Below the pieces are notes generated by a model. That model did no database searches. It worked only from the letters and a program-made list of their open reading frames with translations, and was not told where the DNA came from. This document shows, piece by piece, positions 33,334-43,968 of a stretch of 64,000 bases of DNA. Source of the stretch: Nitrospirota bacterium (lineage in GTDB: Bacteria > Nitrospirota > Thermodesulfovibrionia > Thermodesulfovibrionales > UBA9159); assembly GCA_963699545.1 (NCBI GenBank), contig CAVOUE010000010.1:32001-96000 (forward strand), given 5' to 3'. The translations under genes were made by a program, and so were the position numbers. How positions within the stretch are numbered: the stretch's first letter is position 1; every line of letters begins with the position of its first letter.

Positions 33334-34086
33334 TTAGTCCTGTGAGCACTTCGCATCGACCTTACCCCTGTCTCCCATCTTCCTCTCGATCTGCGTGCAT
33401 ATCCCCCTGAGCATTCTCAGTTCCCAGCCGGTGAGGCCTGCCCTCCCGAAGAGATGCTTCAGGTTCCTCATGATCCTCGCCTCGAGGTCCCGGTCGCCTC
33501 TGGGGATATATTCAAGGAGTTTAAGGGTGGAGCGGAGGTGCCGGTAAAGCAGGTCGATCTCTGCACGTTCCACCAGTTCCGGGGCCTCTGCCCGGTAAGT
33601 CCCCTGGCTGAGTTCGTACGCCACAAGGAGCACGCTCTGGGCAAGGTTGAGTGACGGCGATGACGGATCAGAGGGGATGGTCATCAGAAAACCGCATTCC
33701 TCCACCTCCCTGTTGTTCAATCCTTTGTCTTCCCTTCCGAAGAGGAGGGCGACCCTGTTCTTTCGCGCTGCGGTGACGATCCTGTCAATGCCCTCCTTCA
33801 GGGGCAGAATGACCCCCCTCCTCTTACCCAGTCGCCTCGTGGTGCCGACGATCATGCCTTTGTTCTTCACCGCGTCTTCGAACCCAGCATGGATCGATGC
33901 CCCTTCCAGGAGATCAACGGCGCTGCACGCCATCTGTCTCGATTCCTCAGTAAGGAAGTTCCGTGGCCCCACCAGTTCGAGGTTCCTGAAGCCCATGTTC
34001 TTCATCGCCCTTGCAGCGGCGCCGATATTTCCCGGTTCTCTTGGTCCAACGAGGACAAATGAGATGTTGTCTTTCCAGTTCTTCAT
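33334..34086 (-). CDS. trmJ: SPOUT RNA methyltransferase, TrmJ/LasT family
   Basis: PGNIGAAARAMKNMG, FGREDKGL, SLNLAQSV. Confidence 0.9.
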   Translation of the reverse strand: MKNWKDNISFVLVGPREPGNIGAAARAMKNMGFRNLELVGPRNFLTEESRQMACSAVDLLEGASIHAGFEDAVKNKGMIVGTTRRLGKRRGVILPLKEGIDRIVTAARKNRVALLFGREDKGLNNREVEECGFLMTIPSDPSSPSLNLAQSVLLVAYELSQGTYRAEAPELVERAEIDLLYRHLRSTLKLLEYIPRGDRDLEARIMRNLKHLFGRAGLTGWELRMLRGICTQIERKMGDRGKVDAKCSQD

Positions 34087-34099
34087 CGCATCAGGGAAA

Positions 34100-34139
34100 A
34101 AGAAACCCTGTCCCGAAGGCTTCCGAGACAGGGTTTCTT
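34100..34139 (-). terminator. Intrinsic terminator
   Basis: AAGAAACCCTGTC ... GACAGGGTTTCTT stem with a T-run on the minus strand, downstream of the DUF4412-like gene. Confidence 0.65.
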
Positions 34140-34174
34140 ACCACGAGCAAGGCCGGCTCTCCTGATCCCGGGGT

Positions 34175-34918
34175 TCAATTCTCACGAAACAACATTTCGA
34201 TGACCGGAATCTTCTTATATCCCTTTGGGACTTCAAACTCCGCTGCCGGGATATCCTTCTTCTCGAGTTTGACGACCTCATAGGTGACAGGTCCCCTGCT
34301 TCCCAAATAGTTTTTGCTTTTCATCTGCCATCCTCCCTGTTCCAACTTTCTGTATTCGGGGGTTTCTTCGACAGACAGGGGAAGCGAATCCGTAACGTTG
34401 GCAACGCTGAAAAGGCATTTCTCGAATTTCTTCATAAGGGTCCTGAAGAGGGACTCCAGGTCTTTCATCACTGCAGGATCAGAGGTGAGCCATACCTCCT
34501 CGTAGAGCGCTCCATCGGTCAGCACCTTATATTTCACCGTACCGTATCCCGCAATGACCCCTCCGTCCCCCTCGTTCACAACAGCCACCCGGGGCGCATC
34601 CTTGCCGGCCTTTTGCTTCCCCTGGTTCTCCTCCGGCATATTCTTCTTCATCTTGCTCATGCCGGCGACCACCGCCTCGCAGAAATCGTCGATGCTCTCC
34701 CTTGAATAGACCTGCCGTTTGACATCGACAAAGACAATATTCCCCTTTTTTGCGTCCAGGATCGAATACTGATCATCGCCGCTGGAGGTCGCCTTGAGCA
34801 TCCCGTCGGAAATGAGCGTTGTCGCCCCTTGATTGTCAACCTGAACCCATCCTGCAAAAGCAGAGACAGCGAACCCTGCTATCGCTGCGATGACAAAAGA
34901 TACTTTCAGAAGTCTCAT
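34175..34918 (-). CDS. Exported DUF4412-like protein
   Basis: Signal peptide; IAGYGTVKY, EEVW, FEVPKGYKK C-terminal signature. Confidence 0.7.
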   Translation of the reverse strand: MRLLKVSFVIAAIAGFAVSAFAGWVQVDNQGATTLISDGMLKATSSGDDQYSILDAKKGNIVFVDVKRQVYSRESIDDFCEAVVAGMSKMKKNMPEENQGKQKAGKDAPRVAVVNEGDGGVIAGYGTVKYKVLTDGALYEEVWLTSDPAVMKDLESLFRTLMKKFEKCLFSVANVTDSLPLSVEETPEYRKLEQGGWQMKSKNYLGSRGPVTYEVVKLEKKDIPAAEFEVPKGYKKIPVIEMLFREN

Positions 34919-35069
34919 ATCGCTCCTTACCTCCTTCGTTCTGATGCGTACATGATATCACAAAATACTGAACGGCATACAGCAGGGCATCCGGCGGGGA
35001 ACGACCGGAATTGTGTCCCATGGCGCCTTTCTGTATGGATCAAGCCTTTTTGTGGTATCATGTATGTTC

Positions 35070-35804
35070 ATGGAAAAACGTCTCCAGAAGATCCTCTCGG
35101 AATTGGGTATAGCCTCAAGGCGGAAGGCGGAAGAACTCATCCTCCAGGGCAGTGTGACCGTCAACGGCCAGGTCGCCACCGTCGGAATGAAGGCCGACGC
35201 CGAACGAGATCATATAAAAGTCGGAGGGAAACTCGTGGCGGGTCCGAGCCTGAGGGGGGTCCGGAAGGTCTATCTCATGTGGAACAAGCCCAGGAACGTG
35301 GTGACGACATTGTCCGACCCCCAGGGAAGACCGACGGTGAAGGACTATCTGAAAGAGGTAAAATGCAAGGTATTCCCGGTGGGGCGGCTTGACTTCGACT
35401 CCGAGGGGCTTATCCTGCTGACGAATGACGGCGATTTTGCCAATGCCGTTATGCATCCGTCACGGGAGATGCCCAAGACCTATCTCGTCAAGATCAAGGG
35501 AGAGATAGAAGAAGAGAAACTCGATAAACTGAGGCGCGGCATGAAACTGGAGGACGGCATGACCCTCCCTGCCAGGGCGAAGAAAGTGAGGAAGTCGGAG
35601 AATAACTCTTGGATCGAGATGACCATATTTGAGGGAAGAAAAAGGCAGGTCAGAAGGATGATCGAAAAAGCGGGACATCTTGTGCTGAAACTAAAAAGGG
35701 TCGCGATAAACGGTCTGAAGCTGAGAGACTTAAAGCCCGGTGAACTGAGACCCTTGACGCAGGATGAACTGCATGCGATACAAAAAGAGATAGCGATCAG
35801 GTGA
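35070..35804 (+). CDS. rluB: 23S rRNA pseudouridine synthase RluB/RsuA family
   Basis: RLQKILS...ASRRKAE S4 domain, PVGRLDFDSEGL, EGRKRQVRRM. Confidence 0.88.
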   Translation: MEKRLQKILSELGIASRRKAEELILQGSVTVNGQVATVGMKADAERDHIKVGGKLVAGPSLRGVRKVYLMWNKPRNVVTTLSDPQGRPTVKDYLKEVKCKVFPVGRLDFDSEGLILLTNDGDFANAVMHPSREMPKTYLVKIKGEIEEEKLDKLRRGMKLEDGMTLPARAKKVRKSENNSWIEMTIFEGRKRQVRRMIEKAGHLVLKLKRVAINGLKLRDLKPGELRPLTQDELHAIQKEIAIR

Positions 35805-35816
35805 AACGGAGGACCT

Positions 35817-37622
35817 ATGGTTCGTGACAGCGGTTGTGGCGATATCAGGGAGGCGGATATCGGCTCTACGATACACCTTGCAGGGTGGGTATTCCGAAGG
35901 AGGGACCACGGGGGCCTGATCTTTGTTGATCTGAGGGACCGGAGCGGTATCCTCCAGGTGGTCTTCAACCCCGATGGTGCAAAGGACGCCCATGAACTTG
36001 CCCATGGACTGAGAGGGGAGTTCGTGATCAAGGTTTCGGGTGTGGTACGACGCAGGCCTGAAGGGACCGAAAATCCTAACCTCCCCACAGGGATGGTGGA
36101 ACTCTCTGCAGACTCCCTTACCATACTCAATGAAGCCTCGCCCCTCCCCTTCCCTATGGAAGAGGCAGGGGAGGCCTCGGAGTCCCTGAGACTGAAGTAC
36201 CGGTATCTCGACCTGAGAAGACCGGAGTTGCAGCGCAATCTCATCGTCCGCCACAGGGTCACGAAGGTCATAAGGGATTATCTTGACGAGGAGAAGTTCC
36301 TCGAAATAGAGACCCCCATGCTCACAAAATCCACACCGGAAGGCGCCAGGGACTACCTCGTCCCCAGCAGGCTGAACCCTGGTCATTTCTATGCCCTCCC
36401 CCAATCACCTCAGCTCTTTAAGCAGATACTCATGGTTGCGGGCATGGAGAGGTATTTTCAGATAGTGAAGTGTTTTCGCGACGAAGATCTGAGAGCGGAC
36501 CGGCAGCCGGAGTTCACCCAGGTGGACATTGAGATGTCTTTTGCAGAGAGAGAAGACATCATCAGCCTTACCGAAGGCATGCTCCAGCTGCTCTTCAAGG
36601 ACGTTCTTGATATCGACGTCGAGGTCCCTTTCAGGAGGCTTTCGTACAGGGAATCCATGGAGAGGTTCGGGAATGACAAGCCGGACTTGCGCTTTGATCT
36701 CGAGCTGAAGGAGATGGCGGACCTTGCAAGAGGCGGCTCCTTCAAGGTGTTCCTGGAAATCCTGGGATCAGGGGGAAGGGTGAAAGCCCTCAACGGCAAA
36801 GGCATGGCGGGGATGTCGAGAAAGGAGATCGATGTCCTCACAGAGGACGCCAAGTCACTCGGCGCGAAAGGCCTTGCATGGATAAAGGTAAAGAACGGCT
36901 TTGAATCCCCCATCGCGAAGTTCTTTCCCGAGGAGGTCCTGAGGCAGATGGCTGAGAGACTGGGCGCAGACGACGGGGACCTCATGGTCTTTGTGGCTGA
37001 CAGGGAAAAGGTCGTCCATGATGTGTTGAGCCGGCTCAGGCTTGAGTTTGGAAAGAGCCTGAACCTCATCAGGCCGGTCTATAAGTTTGTCTGGATCGTG
37101 GATTTCCCCCTTCTTGAATGGGACGAGGAAGAGTCCAGATTCCAGGCGATGCACCATCCCTTCACTTCTCCGGTCGATGAAGATCTGCAAACCCTTTTTT
37201 CGTGTCATGTCTCCGAACTCCGGTCCTCTTCACGCGGACCGAACTCCGCACTCTCTTTGATAAAGGCCAAGGCCTACGATATTGTTCTCAATGGCTACGA
37301 GATCGGCGGCGGCAGCATCAGGATCCACAGGAAAGATGTTCAGAAAAAGATGTTCGAGGTTTTGGGGATCACCGAGGAAGACGCGAGGATGAAGTTCGGC
37401 TTTCTCCTTGATGCCCTTGAATTCGGGGCTCCTCCCCACGGCGGCATCGCCCTCGGCCTTGACAGACTGTTGATGCTCATGGTCGGCGCGTCATCCATCC
37501 GCGATGTCATCGCTTTTCCAAAGACCCAGAAGGCGGTATGCATGATGAGCGGCGCCCCCTCCACCGTAGAACCGAAGCAGCTGAGAGAACTCTTCATCAA
37601 GACACTGGATCTGGGCGCTTAA
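35817..37622 (+). CDS. aspS: Aspartate--tRNA ligase
   Basis: [55 protein letters not shown]. Confidence 0.97.
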   Translation: MVRDSGCGDIREADIGSTIHLAGWVFRRRDHGGLIFVDLRDRSGILQVVFNPDGAKDAHELAHGLRGEFVIKVSGVVRRRPEGTENPNLPTGMVELSADSLTILNEASPLPFPMEEAGEASESLRLKYRYLDLRRPELQRNLIVRHRVTKVIRDYLDEEKFLEIETPMLTKSTPEGARDYLVPSRLNPGHFYALPQSPQLFKQILMVAGMERYFQIVKCFRDEDLRADRQPEFTQVDIEMSFAEREDIISLTEGMLQLLFKDVLDIDVEVPFRRLSYRESMERFGNDKPDLRFDLELKEMADLARGGSFKVFLEILGSGGRVKALNGKGMAGMSRKEIDVLTEDAKSLGAKGLAWIKVKNGFESPIAKFFPEEVLRQMAERLGADDGDLMVFVADREKVVHDVLSRLRLEFGKSLNLIRPVYKFVWIVDFPLLEWDEEESRFQAMHHPFTSPVDEDLQTLFSCHVSELRSSSRGPNSALSLIKAKAYDIVLNGYEIGGGSIRIHRKDVQKKMFEVLGITEEDARMKFGFLLDALEFGAPPHGGIALGLDRLLMLMVGASSIRDVIAFPKTQKAVCMMSGAPSTVEPKQLRELFIKTLDLGA

Positions 37623-37647
37623 AATCTTTGATTTCGAATCCGGAAAA

Positions 37648-37695
37648 GCGGCTTAGGGCAGGACCCTTTGGGGAATAGCTCCTGCCCTAAGCCGC
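37648..37695. terminator. Bidirectional hairpin between convergent aspS and degP
   Basis: GCGGCTTAGGGCAGGA ... TCCTGCCCTAAGCCGC 16-bp inverted repeat. Confidence 0.75.
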
Positions 37696-37707
37696 TCGCT
37701 CACTACA

Positions 37708-39174
37708 TCACCGGGGTGTCAGTGTTACAAAAGTCGTAGAGCCTTTCCTGTACACAAGTACCAGGATGCTCTGGGCCGAATTGATCTTTCCGGCCACCGC
37801 CATGTAATCCTTCATGTTGTGGATCTTCTTCTTGTCGATTTCCAGGATAACGTCGCTCTTCGCCAGGACTCCATCCGCAGGACTGCCTCCCCCAACCCCG
37901 GCTACCACTACACCGTCGATCTGTTTTGGTAAGGCAAGGGCCTTTCTCACCTCGGGCGAGATATTTCGGACATCAACTCCCTTGAGGAGATTATCGAGAT
38001 CCCCTGAAACCTTCTGCGTCTCTGCCGGCAACTCTTCGATGGCGAGCTGTAGTGTGACCGGCTTACCCTCACGGAGGACACCCAGCGTCACCTCTCTGTT
38101 CGGCGGCGTACTTGCGACCATGTTCCGCAGGTTTGAGGGCTCATCAACCTCTTTGCCGTCGTAGTGCGTAATGACATCGCCTCTTGTTATTCCGGCCTTT
38201 TCTGCCGGACTCCCCTGGGTAACGTCGCTCACAAGTGCACCCTTATCTTCCCTGAGATTGAACTGTTTAGCAAGATCCGGGGTCACCGATTGTACCGAAA
38301 CACCCAGCCATCCCCTCACAACCTTACCGTTCTTTATGAGGTTTTCCATAACCGCGTTCGCCATGCTGCTCGGTATGGCAAACCCGACCCCCTGATAGCC
38401 CCCGGAGGTGCTGAATATGGCGGTATTGATCCCCACAAGCTCACCTCTTACATTCACCAGGGCACCGCCGGAATTCCCCGGGTTAATGGCCGCATCGGTC
38501 TGGATGAAGTCCTCATAATCGGCAATGCCCATGTTGGCCCTGCCGGTTGCGCTCACGATTCCTGAGGTCACCGTCTGACTTAATCCAAAGGGGTTGCCTA
38601 TGGCAATCACCGTCTCTCCCACCTTCAGCTTCCCGGAGTCTCCCAGCCTTACTGCGGGAAGGTGATCCGCCTCGATCTTCACGACCGCAAGGTCGGTCTT
38701 CGGGTCGGCACCGATGACCTTCCCTTTGAACTCCCTCTTGTCCGATAACCTTATCTTGATCTCATCGGCGTTCTTCACAACATGGTTGTTCGTAAGTATG
38801 TAACCGTCCTTATCGACGATGACCCCTGAACCGAGACTAGCCCGCTTCTGCTCTCTCGGCCTTTCGGGCGAGCCAGACTCGTCGCCGAAAAACCTCCTGA
38901 AGAAGGGGTCATTCAAAAAAGGCGATGATCCCCCCCCTGTCTTGATGGTCTGGGTCGATGATATATTCACTACCGCAGGCTTGACAGCTGCGGTAACCTC
39001 CGCCATTGCGTCACTGATCTTTGAAAGTGTGTCGCTGGCGCCCCTGGATACTGTGGGCTCAGCCGCGTCGGCCTTCGCGCAAAAGCTGCCGTGAGGTGAA
39101 ACTGCCAGGCCGATGGTGAGGCCGATGATCAGAAACGTTGCTGCCCGGGAAAGGGACCTTCTAAGGACGTTCAT
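37708..39174 (-). CDS. degP: Do/DegP-family serine endoprotease with two PDZ domains
   Basis: GSGVI, TNNHV, DLAV, IQTDAAINPGNSGG; signal peptide. Confidence 0.93.
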   Translation of the reverse strand: MNVLRRSLSRAATFLIIGLTIGLAVSPHGSFCAKADAAEPTVSRGASDTLSKISDAMAEVTAAVKPAVVNISSTQTIKTGGGSSPFLNDPFFRRFFGDESGSPERPREQKRASLGSGVIVDKDGYILTNNHVVKNADEIKIRLSDKREFKGKVIGADPKTDLAVVKIEADHLPAVRLGDSGKLKVGETVIAIGNPFGLSQTVTSGIVSATGRANMGIADYEDFIQTDAAINPGNSGGALVNVRGELVGINTAIFSTSGGYQGVGFAIPSSMANAVMENLIKNGKVVRGWLGVSVQSVTPDLAKQFNLREDKGALVSDVTQGSPAEKAGITRGDVITHYDGKEVDEPSNLRNMVASTPPNREVTLGVLREGKPVTLQLAIEELPAETQKVSGDLDNLLKGVDVRNISPEVRKALALPKQIDGVVVAGVGGGSPADGVLAKSDVILEIDKKKIHNMKDYMAVAGKINSAQSILVLVYRKGSTTFVTLTPR

Positions 39175-39315
39175 ATCGCTCCTCCTTGATGGTTCAGTAA
39201 ATTTTATAAGTGCCGGCAATTAGTTTAATGATAAAACATGAAGAAAAAGTGAAGACGATACCATGCCTTGGTCAACGGGCGGTCCCACGGCACTCGTTCT
39301 CGCCTCCCGACAAAT

Positions 39316-39458
39316 TAGTGTAGTGCGTCTAACGCTTCTTTACATTACTTCCGAAGCTGTCATTCCCGTGAAAGCGGGAATCCAGACCGAAAAGACTGGA
39401 TTCCGGGTCAAGCCCGGAATGACAAACAGAGTAAAGGGACTTTTGCCGCAATACACTA
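39316..39458. mobile_element. MITE-like element carrying a REP-like palindrome
   Basis: Imperfect terminal inverted repeats at 39316-39343 and 39431-39458; internal TGTCATTCCCGTGAAAGCGGGAATCCAG...CTGGATTCCGGGTCAAGCCCGGAATGACA. Confidence 0.65.
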
Positions 39459-39483
39459 GGTGCGATGAATAAGCTGAGAACAT

Positions 39484-41067
39484 CTATTTTGATTCGATAT
39501 ATCCCAGATGGACCTGAGATTGAAAAATCTCTTTGAAATTTTGGTTCCCTGAGAGGGTTAGATGCTTTACCCTTTTCGCAAGGAGGCAGGCATTCTGAAA
39601 AGCCGATTTGGACAATGCCATCATCACGGCACCAGTTGCTGGAGTGTTGCCCACATTTTGTATCTTCCGTAACTCTGAAGGCGGAAGAAGCCCGGTTGTC
39701 AGAACATCCCTTGGGTTGATTCGGCTTGCAAAGACACCTGAAAAGAAGATTGCGTTGATCTCATCTGCCCTTAGATTGACATGGGCGAGCACGGTGTCCA
39801 GCGCAGCCCTTGTTGCGGCCTTTGCAAGAATGAATTGTTGTATATCATCTTCACTGACCGTCACATCAGGTGAAAGAATTACCTCCCGACCAGATTTGCC
39901 CCGACGCACTAATTTTTGAGGAATTCTCTCAGGAACCACGGCACCAAACTGATCCAGAGCACCGGCCCTCAGAAGTTCCCCAATCAGACTAAAAAGCCCC
40001 GAACCGGTAATACCGACAGCTGACTTGTTCCCGATCACTGAAATTTCAAAGGCCCCTTTAGCGAATCTCACCTTCTCAATAGCTCCTTCAACACCTCTCA
40101 TACCGCAGGAGATGCCCACGCCCTCAAATGCCGGTCCTGCAGCGGTAGAGCAAGCGACAATAGTTTCCTTTGTGACGACAACTACCTCGGCATTTGTGCC
40201 TATGTCTACGAGCAGGTTTGGAGGTTCTGGATTCAGAAGCGAAACAGCCAGAAGTGCAGCTACTGTATCCGAACCAACAAATCCTCCAACAACAGGGGGA
40301 ATGTGAATAGTAGCTCTCCCCAGAGGGCCCTTCTTAAATGGGGAAAAATGGACAGGACTGTCTATGCCCGATTCATAGGGACATCTCCCTAACTTATCAG
40401 GACTCAGCCCCAACATGAGCGTTTCCATCGCAGTATTCATCACCACTACAACGTCAGTTATCCTCTTGCCTTTATCCGCTGTCAGTTTTGCAAGCTTTTC
40501 CATATCTGAAAGAGTCAAATCCATAAAGGTTTTTCTTGCTTCATCCCAATGATGCGAACAATAAGCAAGACGAGTCATCACATCCGCCCCAAAAATTGAT
40601 TGACCATTGGCAATCGTCGCGGAGGCGATAAGTTTCCCTGTAACGGGGTTCAATAAATGCCCAACTATATTCGTAGTACCCAAATCAACCGCCAGGACGA
40701 CGCCCTCGGAGGGACGATCTTGCCATGGATCAACAGGGAAGCTTAAGTCTTCTATTTTCAACTTGTGTTCAGAGGCCGATACCGGTTCAGGGATTTCTAC
40801 GACCATATCGACCTCCGGGTAAAGTCCACAAGCCAGCCTTATTCCTTCATTTATCTCATCGGTAGAAAGGTGGCTACGTTCAAATTCTGACGGGGCGGGA
40901 GCCATGTTAAAGAGACGAACCCTGCACTTCCCGCAAATACCTTGGCCGCCGCAATAAGAGTTCAAACTCATTCCGGCTCTTGTCAGAACCTGGAACAGGC
41001 TTTCTCTATGGGAAATAGGTAATATCGTTCCTCGGGGAAGAACGGTTATTCTTGCGAACCCAGTCAT
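39484..41067 (-). CDS. ASKHA-type reductive activator of corrinoid proteins (RACE/RamA-like) with N-terminal 2Fe-2S domain
   Basis: CGGQGICGKC...RLAC ferredoxin; DLGTT, FGADVMTR, GGFVGSD, DIGTNAE, TAAGPAFEG. Confidence 0.9.
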   Translation of the reverse strand: MTGFARITVLPRGTILPISHRESLFQVLTRAGMSLNSYCGGQGICGKCRVRLFNMAPAPSEFERSHLSTDEINEGIRLACGLYPEVDMVVEIPEPVSASEHKLKIEDLSFPVDPWQDRPSEGVVLAVDLGTTNIVGHLLNPVTGKLIASATIANGQSIFGADVMTRLAYCSHHWDEARKTFMDLTLSDMEKLAKLTADKGKRITDVVVVMNTAMETLMLGLSPDKLGRCPYESGIDSPVHFSPFKKGPLGRATIHIPPVVGGFVGSDTVAALLAVSLLNPEPPNLLVDIGTNAEVVVVTKETIVACSTAAGPAFEGVGISCGMRGVEGAIEKVRFAKGAFEISVIGNKSAVGITGSGLFSLIGELLRAGALDQFGAVVPERIPQKLVRRGKSGREVILSPDVTVSEDDIQQFILAKAATRAALDTVLAHVNLRADEINAIFFSGVFASRINPRDVLTTGLLPPSELRKIQNVGNTPATGAVMMALSKSAFQNACLLAKRVKHLTLSGNQNFKEIFQSQVHLGYIESK

Positions 41068-41948
41068 GCGATCTTAAACAACGGATGGGACAAATCCGGA
41101 CATTTTCCCCTTTCCATCATGGACTGGCCGAGGGCTGCTTCCACCATCGCAACTGCTGGGAAAACCGTGTCGGCGAGGGCCATCGGACCATAAATTACAA
41201 ATTCTCCGCCCCAGGCCACTGTGAGGGCGTTTATAACTGCCGTTGCCGGTTTTTTGAAGTTGTCCCCTATCTTGGCTTTTAGGCCGGACCATGTGCTGAT
41301 TGCATTGTGGGCGGCTGCGCCTGGCAGGTATCCTAATTCCTTCGCTTTGGACATGACCTCCTTTGCTGTCCCCATCGAAGGCAAATCGATTATTCCGGGA
41401 TCTATGAGGAAATCGCTTACCCCTTCCGACTTGAGTTTAGCAATAAGACCATCCTCTTTTGTCATCATTCTTATTTTGCCTTCGGCCGAGAAATCGGCGC
41501 TTTCGACCAGCAGTACCACCGCGGCCTTAACCCCGCACTTCCCGATTGCTTCGAACTCTTCTTTCGTGCTTTCTTGCGAGATGCTGTTGTAGATGACACG
41601 ATTGGAGAGGCCCTTGGCTGCCATGTGGCGAATCCCTTCTATTTTCACGACGCTGCTGGTTCCATCCACCATTATAGGTCCTGCGAAATTTTCCACGACA
41701 AAGTCTAAGTAGGTCTTCATAGCGCTTGGCGTAGATGCGAGCACATCGGCACAGCAGGGGATACCGGTAATTTCCGACCACTTTGATTGCAGATCGATCA
41801 ACTTTCCTGCTTCACTTTTATCGAACTGGCCCGTGAGCGGATCGGTCACTATCTTCTGCCTGTCGTAAAAAATGCTTCCGGCAAGAAGGGCAGGCGTCTC
41901 ACCTAAATCCCCGCCCATATTTATTCCACAAACCTTCCTCACTCCCAT
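41064..41948 (-). CDS. MtrH/CmuB/MtgA-family corrinoid:pterin methyltransferase
   Basis: GSIFY..QKIVTDP..G.FD, IMVDG, IYNSI, AAHNAISTW, IYGP pattern of the MtrH family. Confidence 0.85.
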   Translation of the reverse strand: MGVRKVCGINMGGDLGETPALLAGSIFYDRQKIVTDPLTGQFDKSEAGKLIDLQSKWSEITGIPCCADVLASTPSAMKTYLDFVVENFAGPIMVDGTSSVVKIEGIRHMAAKGLSNRVIYNSISQESTKEEFEAIGKCGVKAAVVLLVESADFSAEGKIRMMTKEDGLIAKLKSEGVSDFLIDPGIIDLPSMGTAKEVMSKAKELGYLPGAAAHNAISTWSGLKAKIGDNFKKPATAVINALTVAWGGEFVIYGPMALADTVFPAVAMVEAALGQSMMERGKCPDLSHPLFKIA

Positions 41949-42047
41949 AATGTTCTCCCTAAATTTTATTTATAACTCAAAATCTCATAAAGCTCAGAGC
42001 CCCCCTGGGTGAAGCACATCTTTTAGATACACTCTAGGATTAACTCC

Positions 42048-42087
42048 TTTAAGGGAAGCTCCTGAATTTGGCGGAGCTTCCCTTAAA
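42048..42087. terminator. Strong intra-operon hairpin
   Basis: TTTAAGGGAAGCTCC ... GGAGCTTCCCTTAAA 15-bp inverted repeat. Confidence 0.7.
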
Positions 42088-42143
42088 CGGTTGTCTTAGC
42101 TGATCTCAGGAATCCAAAAACAGCGGTTACCTTAGTGCTACCA

Positions 42144-43224
42144 TTACATAACCATTTCTACCGGTCTCGGGTAAGACTCCCGGATGAATGATACGGTCAG
42201 ATCATCATTGTAAACGGTGTCCTTAGCGGCTTGAACCATTGCCAGGATATTTGCCTCAGGCGTTCTCGGATTCAGGTCGCAGCCAGACCCCAGGATGAAA
42301 CCCGAGCCGTTTCCTGCCTCTTCGATGACACTCCGGGATTTCCAATAGACCGCTTCCGGAGTCCCGTAAAGCATGTAATCGATGGGATGGACATTACCGG
42401 AAATACAAATCTTCTTACCGACTTTTGCCTTGCACTCCTTCATGCTTATCGGATGGTCAACCTGTAATGCAAGGGCGCCCACGCTTGCCATCTGATCCCA
42501 TATCAGAGAAGTATCAGCACAGGTATGGTTCACTCCAACAACACCTTTGGACCAGGAGAAGTTAAATATCTCCTTAAGATAGGGAGCGGTGAATTCTGCA
42601 TACTGCTCGGGGAGACAGGATCGTGTTCGAAGAGAAAGGCTCAAGGGCAACAATGGCATGTGATCCTGCCGTGATCAACGCTTCCCAATAGGCGAGAGAG
42701 ACGTCTGTGCAGAAGCGAAGCAGTTTGTGCACCCATTCCGGGTCTTCGTAGGTCGCCATGAGGAGTTGCTCGGGGCCGTAAAGTTGACTGGCTGTCGTAA
42801 AAGGGCCGCCCGTTACAGGTACAATGATCTTTGTGTTATCGAGTCGTTTCTTCAGAAGTTCGATTTCCTTGCAAACATAAGGCATCCTTCCGTCCTTTTT
42901 GGGATCGGGCATCTTGAGTTTCTTGATGTCGCTTTTGTTTTTGATGAAGTAATCGACCACTACCGGGGTGTGCTCATAAACCTTCACCTTGGACCCGAGG
43001 CATTCTGCTTCCACAAAGAGGTCAGATCCTGCAACTACCGCGTCATCTTCAAATCTCTCAGCCCCCGCAAGCTTCCCTCCTACCATCTTTTCAGGATTAT
43101 AGAGACACTCCTCGGTGGTGAAACCTGCCACCCTCAATGACCGCGTGATGGAAAGTGGAGTTACCGGTACACGGTCCGGTTTCTCAAGTTTTACTGCTGC
43201 AACTATCCTTTCTAGTGAATTCAT
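42144..43224 (-). CDS. URO-D-fold Zn methyltransferase, MtaA/CmuA family (frameshift near 42610)
   Basis: PDRVPV, VEAECLG, DGRMP, GPFT, HTC and GSGC Zn ligands, ISGNVHP; two ORFs joined at a G-run. Confidence 0.88.
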
Positions 43225-43269
43225 TTTTTTGCCTCCTTCTTATTGAGGAAATATTTGCTTTGCTTCTTA

Positions 43270-43917
43270 TCATGCTGCCAGGCCGATGAGCTTTTTTGCG
43301 GCGTGAACCGCCGTTGGCGCGTCAAAGCCACCGTAAGCGTCGGCCCCGATTTTTGCAGCCACTTTCTCGCTGGTAGCTGGGCCGCCGATAAGTATTTTAG
43401 CCTTGATACCCGCGGCCTTGGCCAGTTTGCAAACCTCTTCCATCTTGTCCAGGCAGATGCTCATAATAAGGGACATACCGATGAGGTCGGCATTCACCTC
43501 TTTTGCCTTGTCGATGAAAGCTTGCGGTTCCACGTCCACTCCAAGGTCGTAGACCTTAAACCCGCCGGCCCTCATCATCATACCGACCAGATTTTTGCCG
43601 ATGTCGTGCAGATCCCCTTTTGGAGTGCCAAGCACCATTGTTGCCTTGTAGTTCCCTTCCTTGCCCGCAAGTTTTTCTTCCACAAGTGCCTGTCCTGCTC
43701 CCAGGGCTTTGGCTGCCATTAGAACGTGAGTAATGAATCTCTCTCGCCTGAGCCACATATTTCCCACCTCTGTGAGACCAGCCGCGAGGCCGCTCGTGAT
43801 AATTTTTTGGGGGTCTACGCCTGCCTGAAGGGCTTCCCTTGTTGCAGCTTCAGTTTCTGGGACAGACATCGAAACAATAGCCTGCCGAATCCTGCCAAGT
43901 GAGTCTTTCTCTGACAT
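43270..43917 (-). CDS. Corrinoid (B12-binding) methyl-carrier protein
   Basis: Cap domain plus GDLHDIGKNLV (DxHxxG), GMSL, IGG. Confidence 0.93.
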   Translation of the reverse strand: MSEKDSLGRIRQAIVSMSVPETEAATREALQAGVDPQKIITSGLAAGLTEVGNMWLRRERFITHVLMAAKALGAGQALVEEKLAGKEGNYKATMVLGTPKGDLHDIGKNLVGMMMRAGGFKVYDLGVDVEPQAFIDKAKEVNADLIGMSLIMSICLDKMEEVCKLAKAAGIKAKILIGGPATSEKVAAKIGADAYGGFDAPTAVHAAKKLIGLAA

Positions 43918-43968
43918 TTTCCTCGTCCTCCTTTTTCCGAATTTTCAGGGTAAGAAATATTCATCCCC

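Noticed and set aside
41064-41948. MtrH as evidence of methanogenesis
   Set aside because: No other mtr subunits and a bacterial context; stand-alone MtrH homologues act as corrinoid:tetrahydrofolate methyltransferases.
15710-42009. 14-nt inverted match AGAGCCCCCCTGGG at about 15710 and 41996
   Set aside because: Matches of this length are expected by chance in 64 kb and do not extend.
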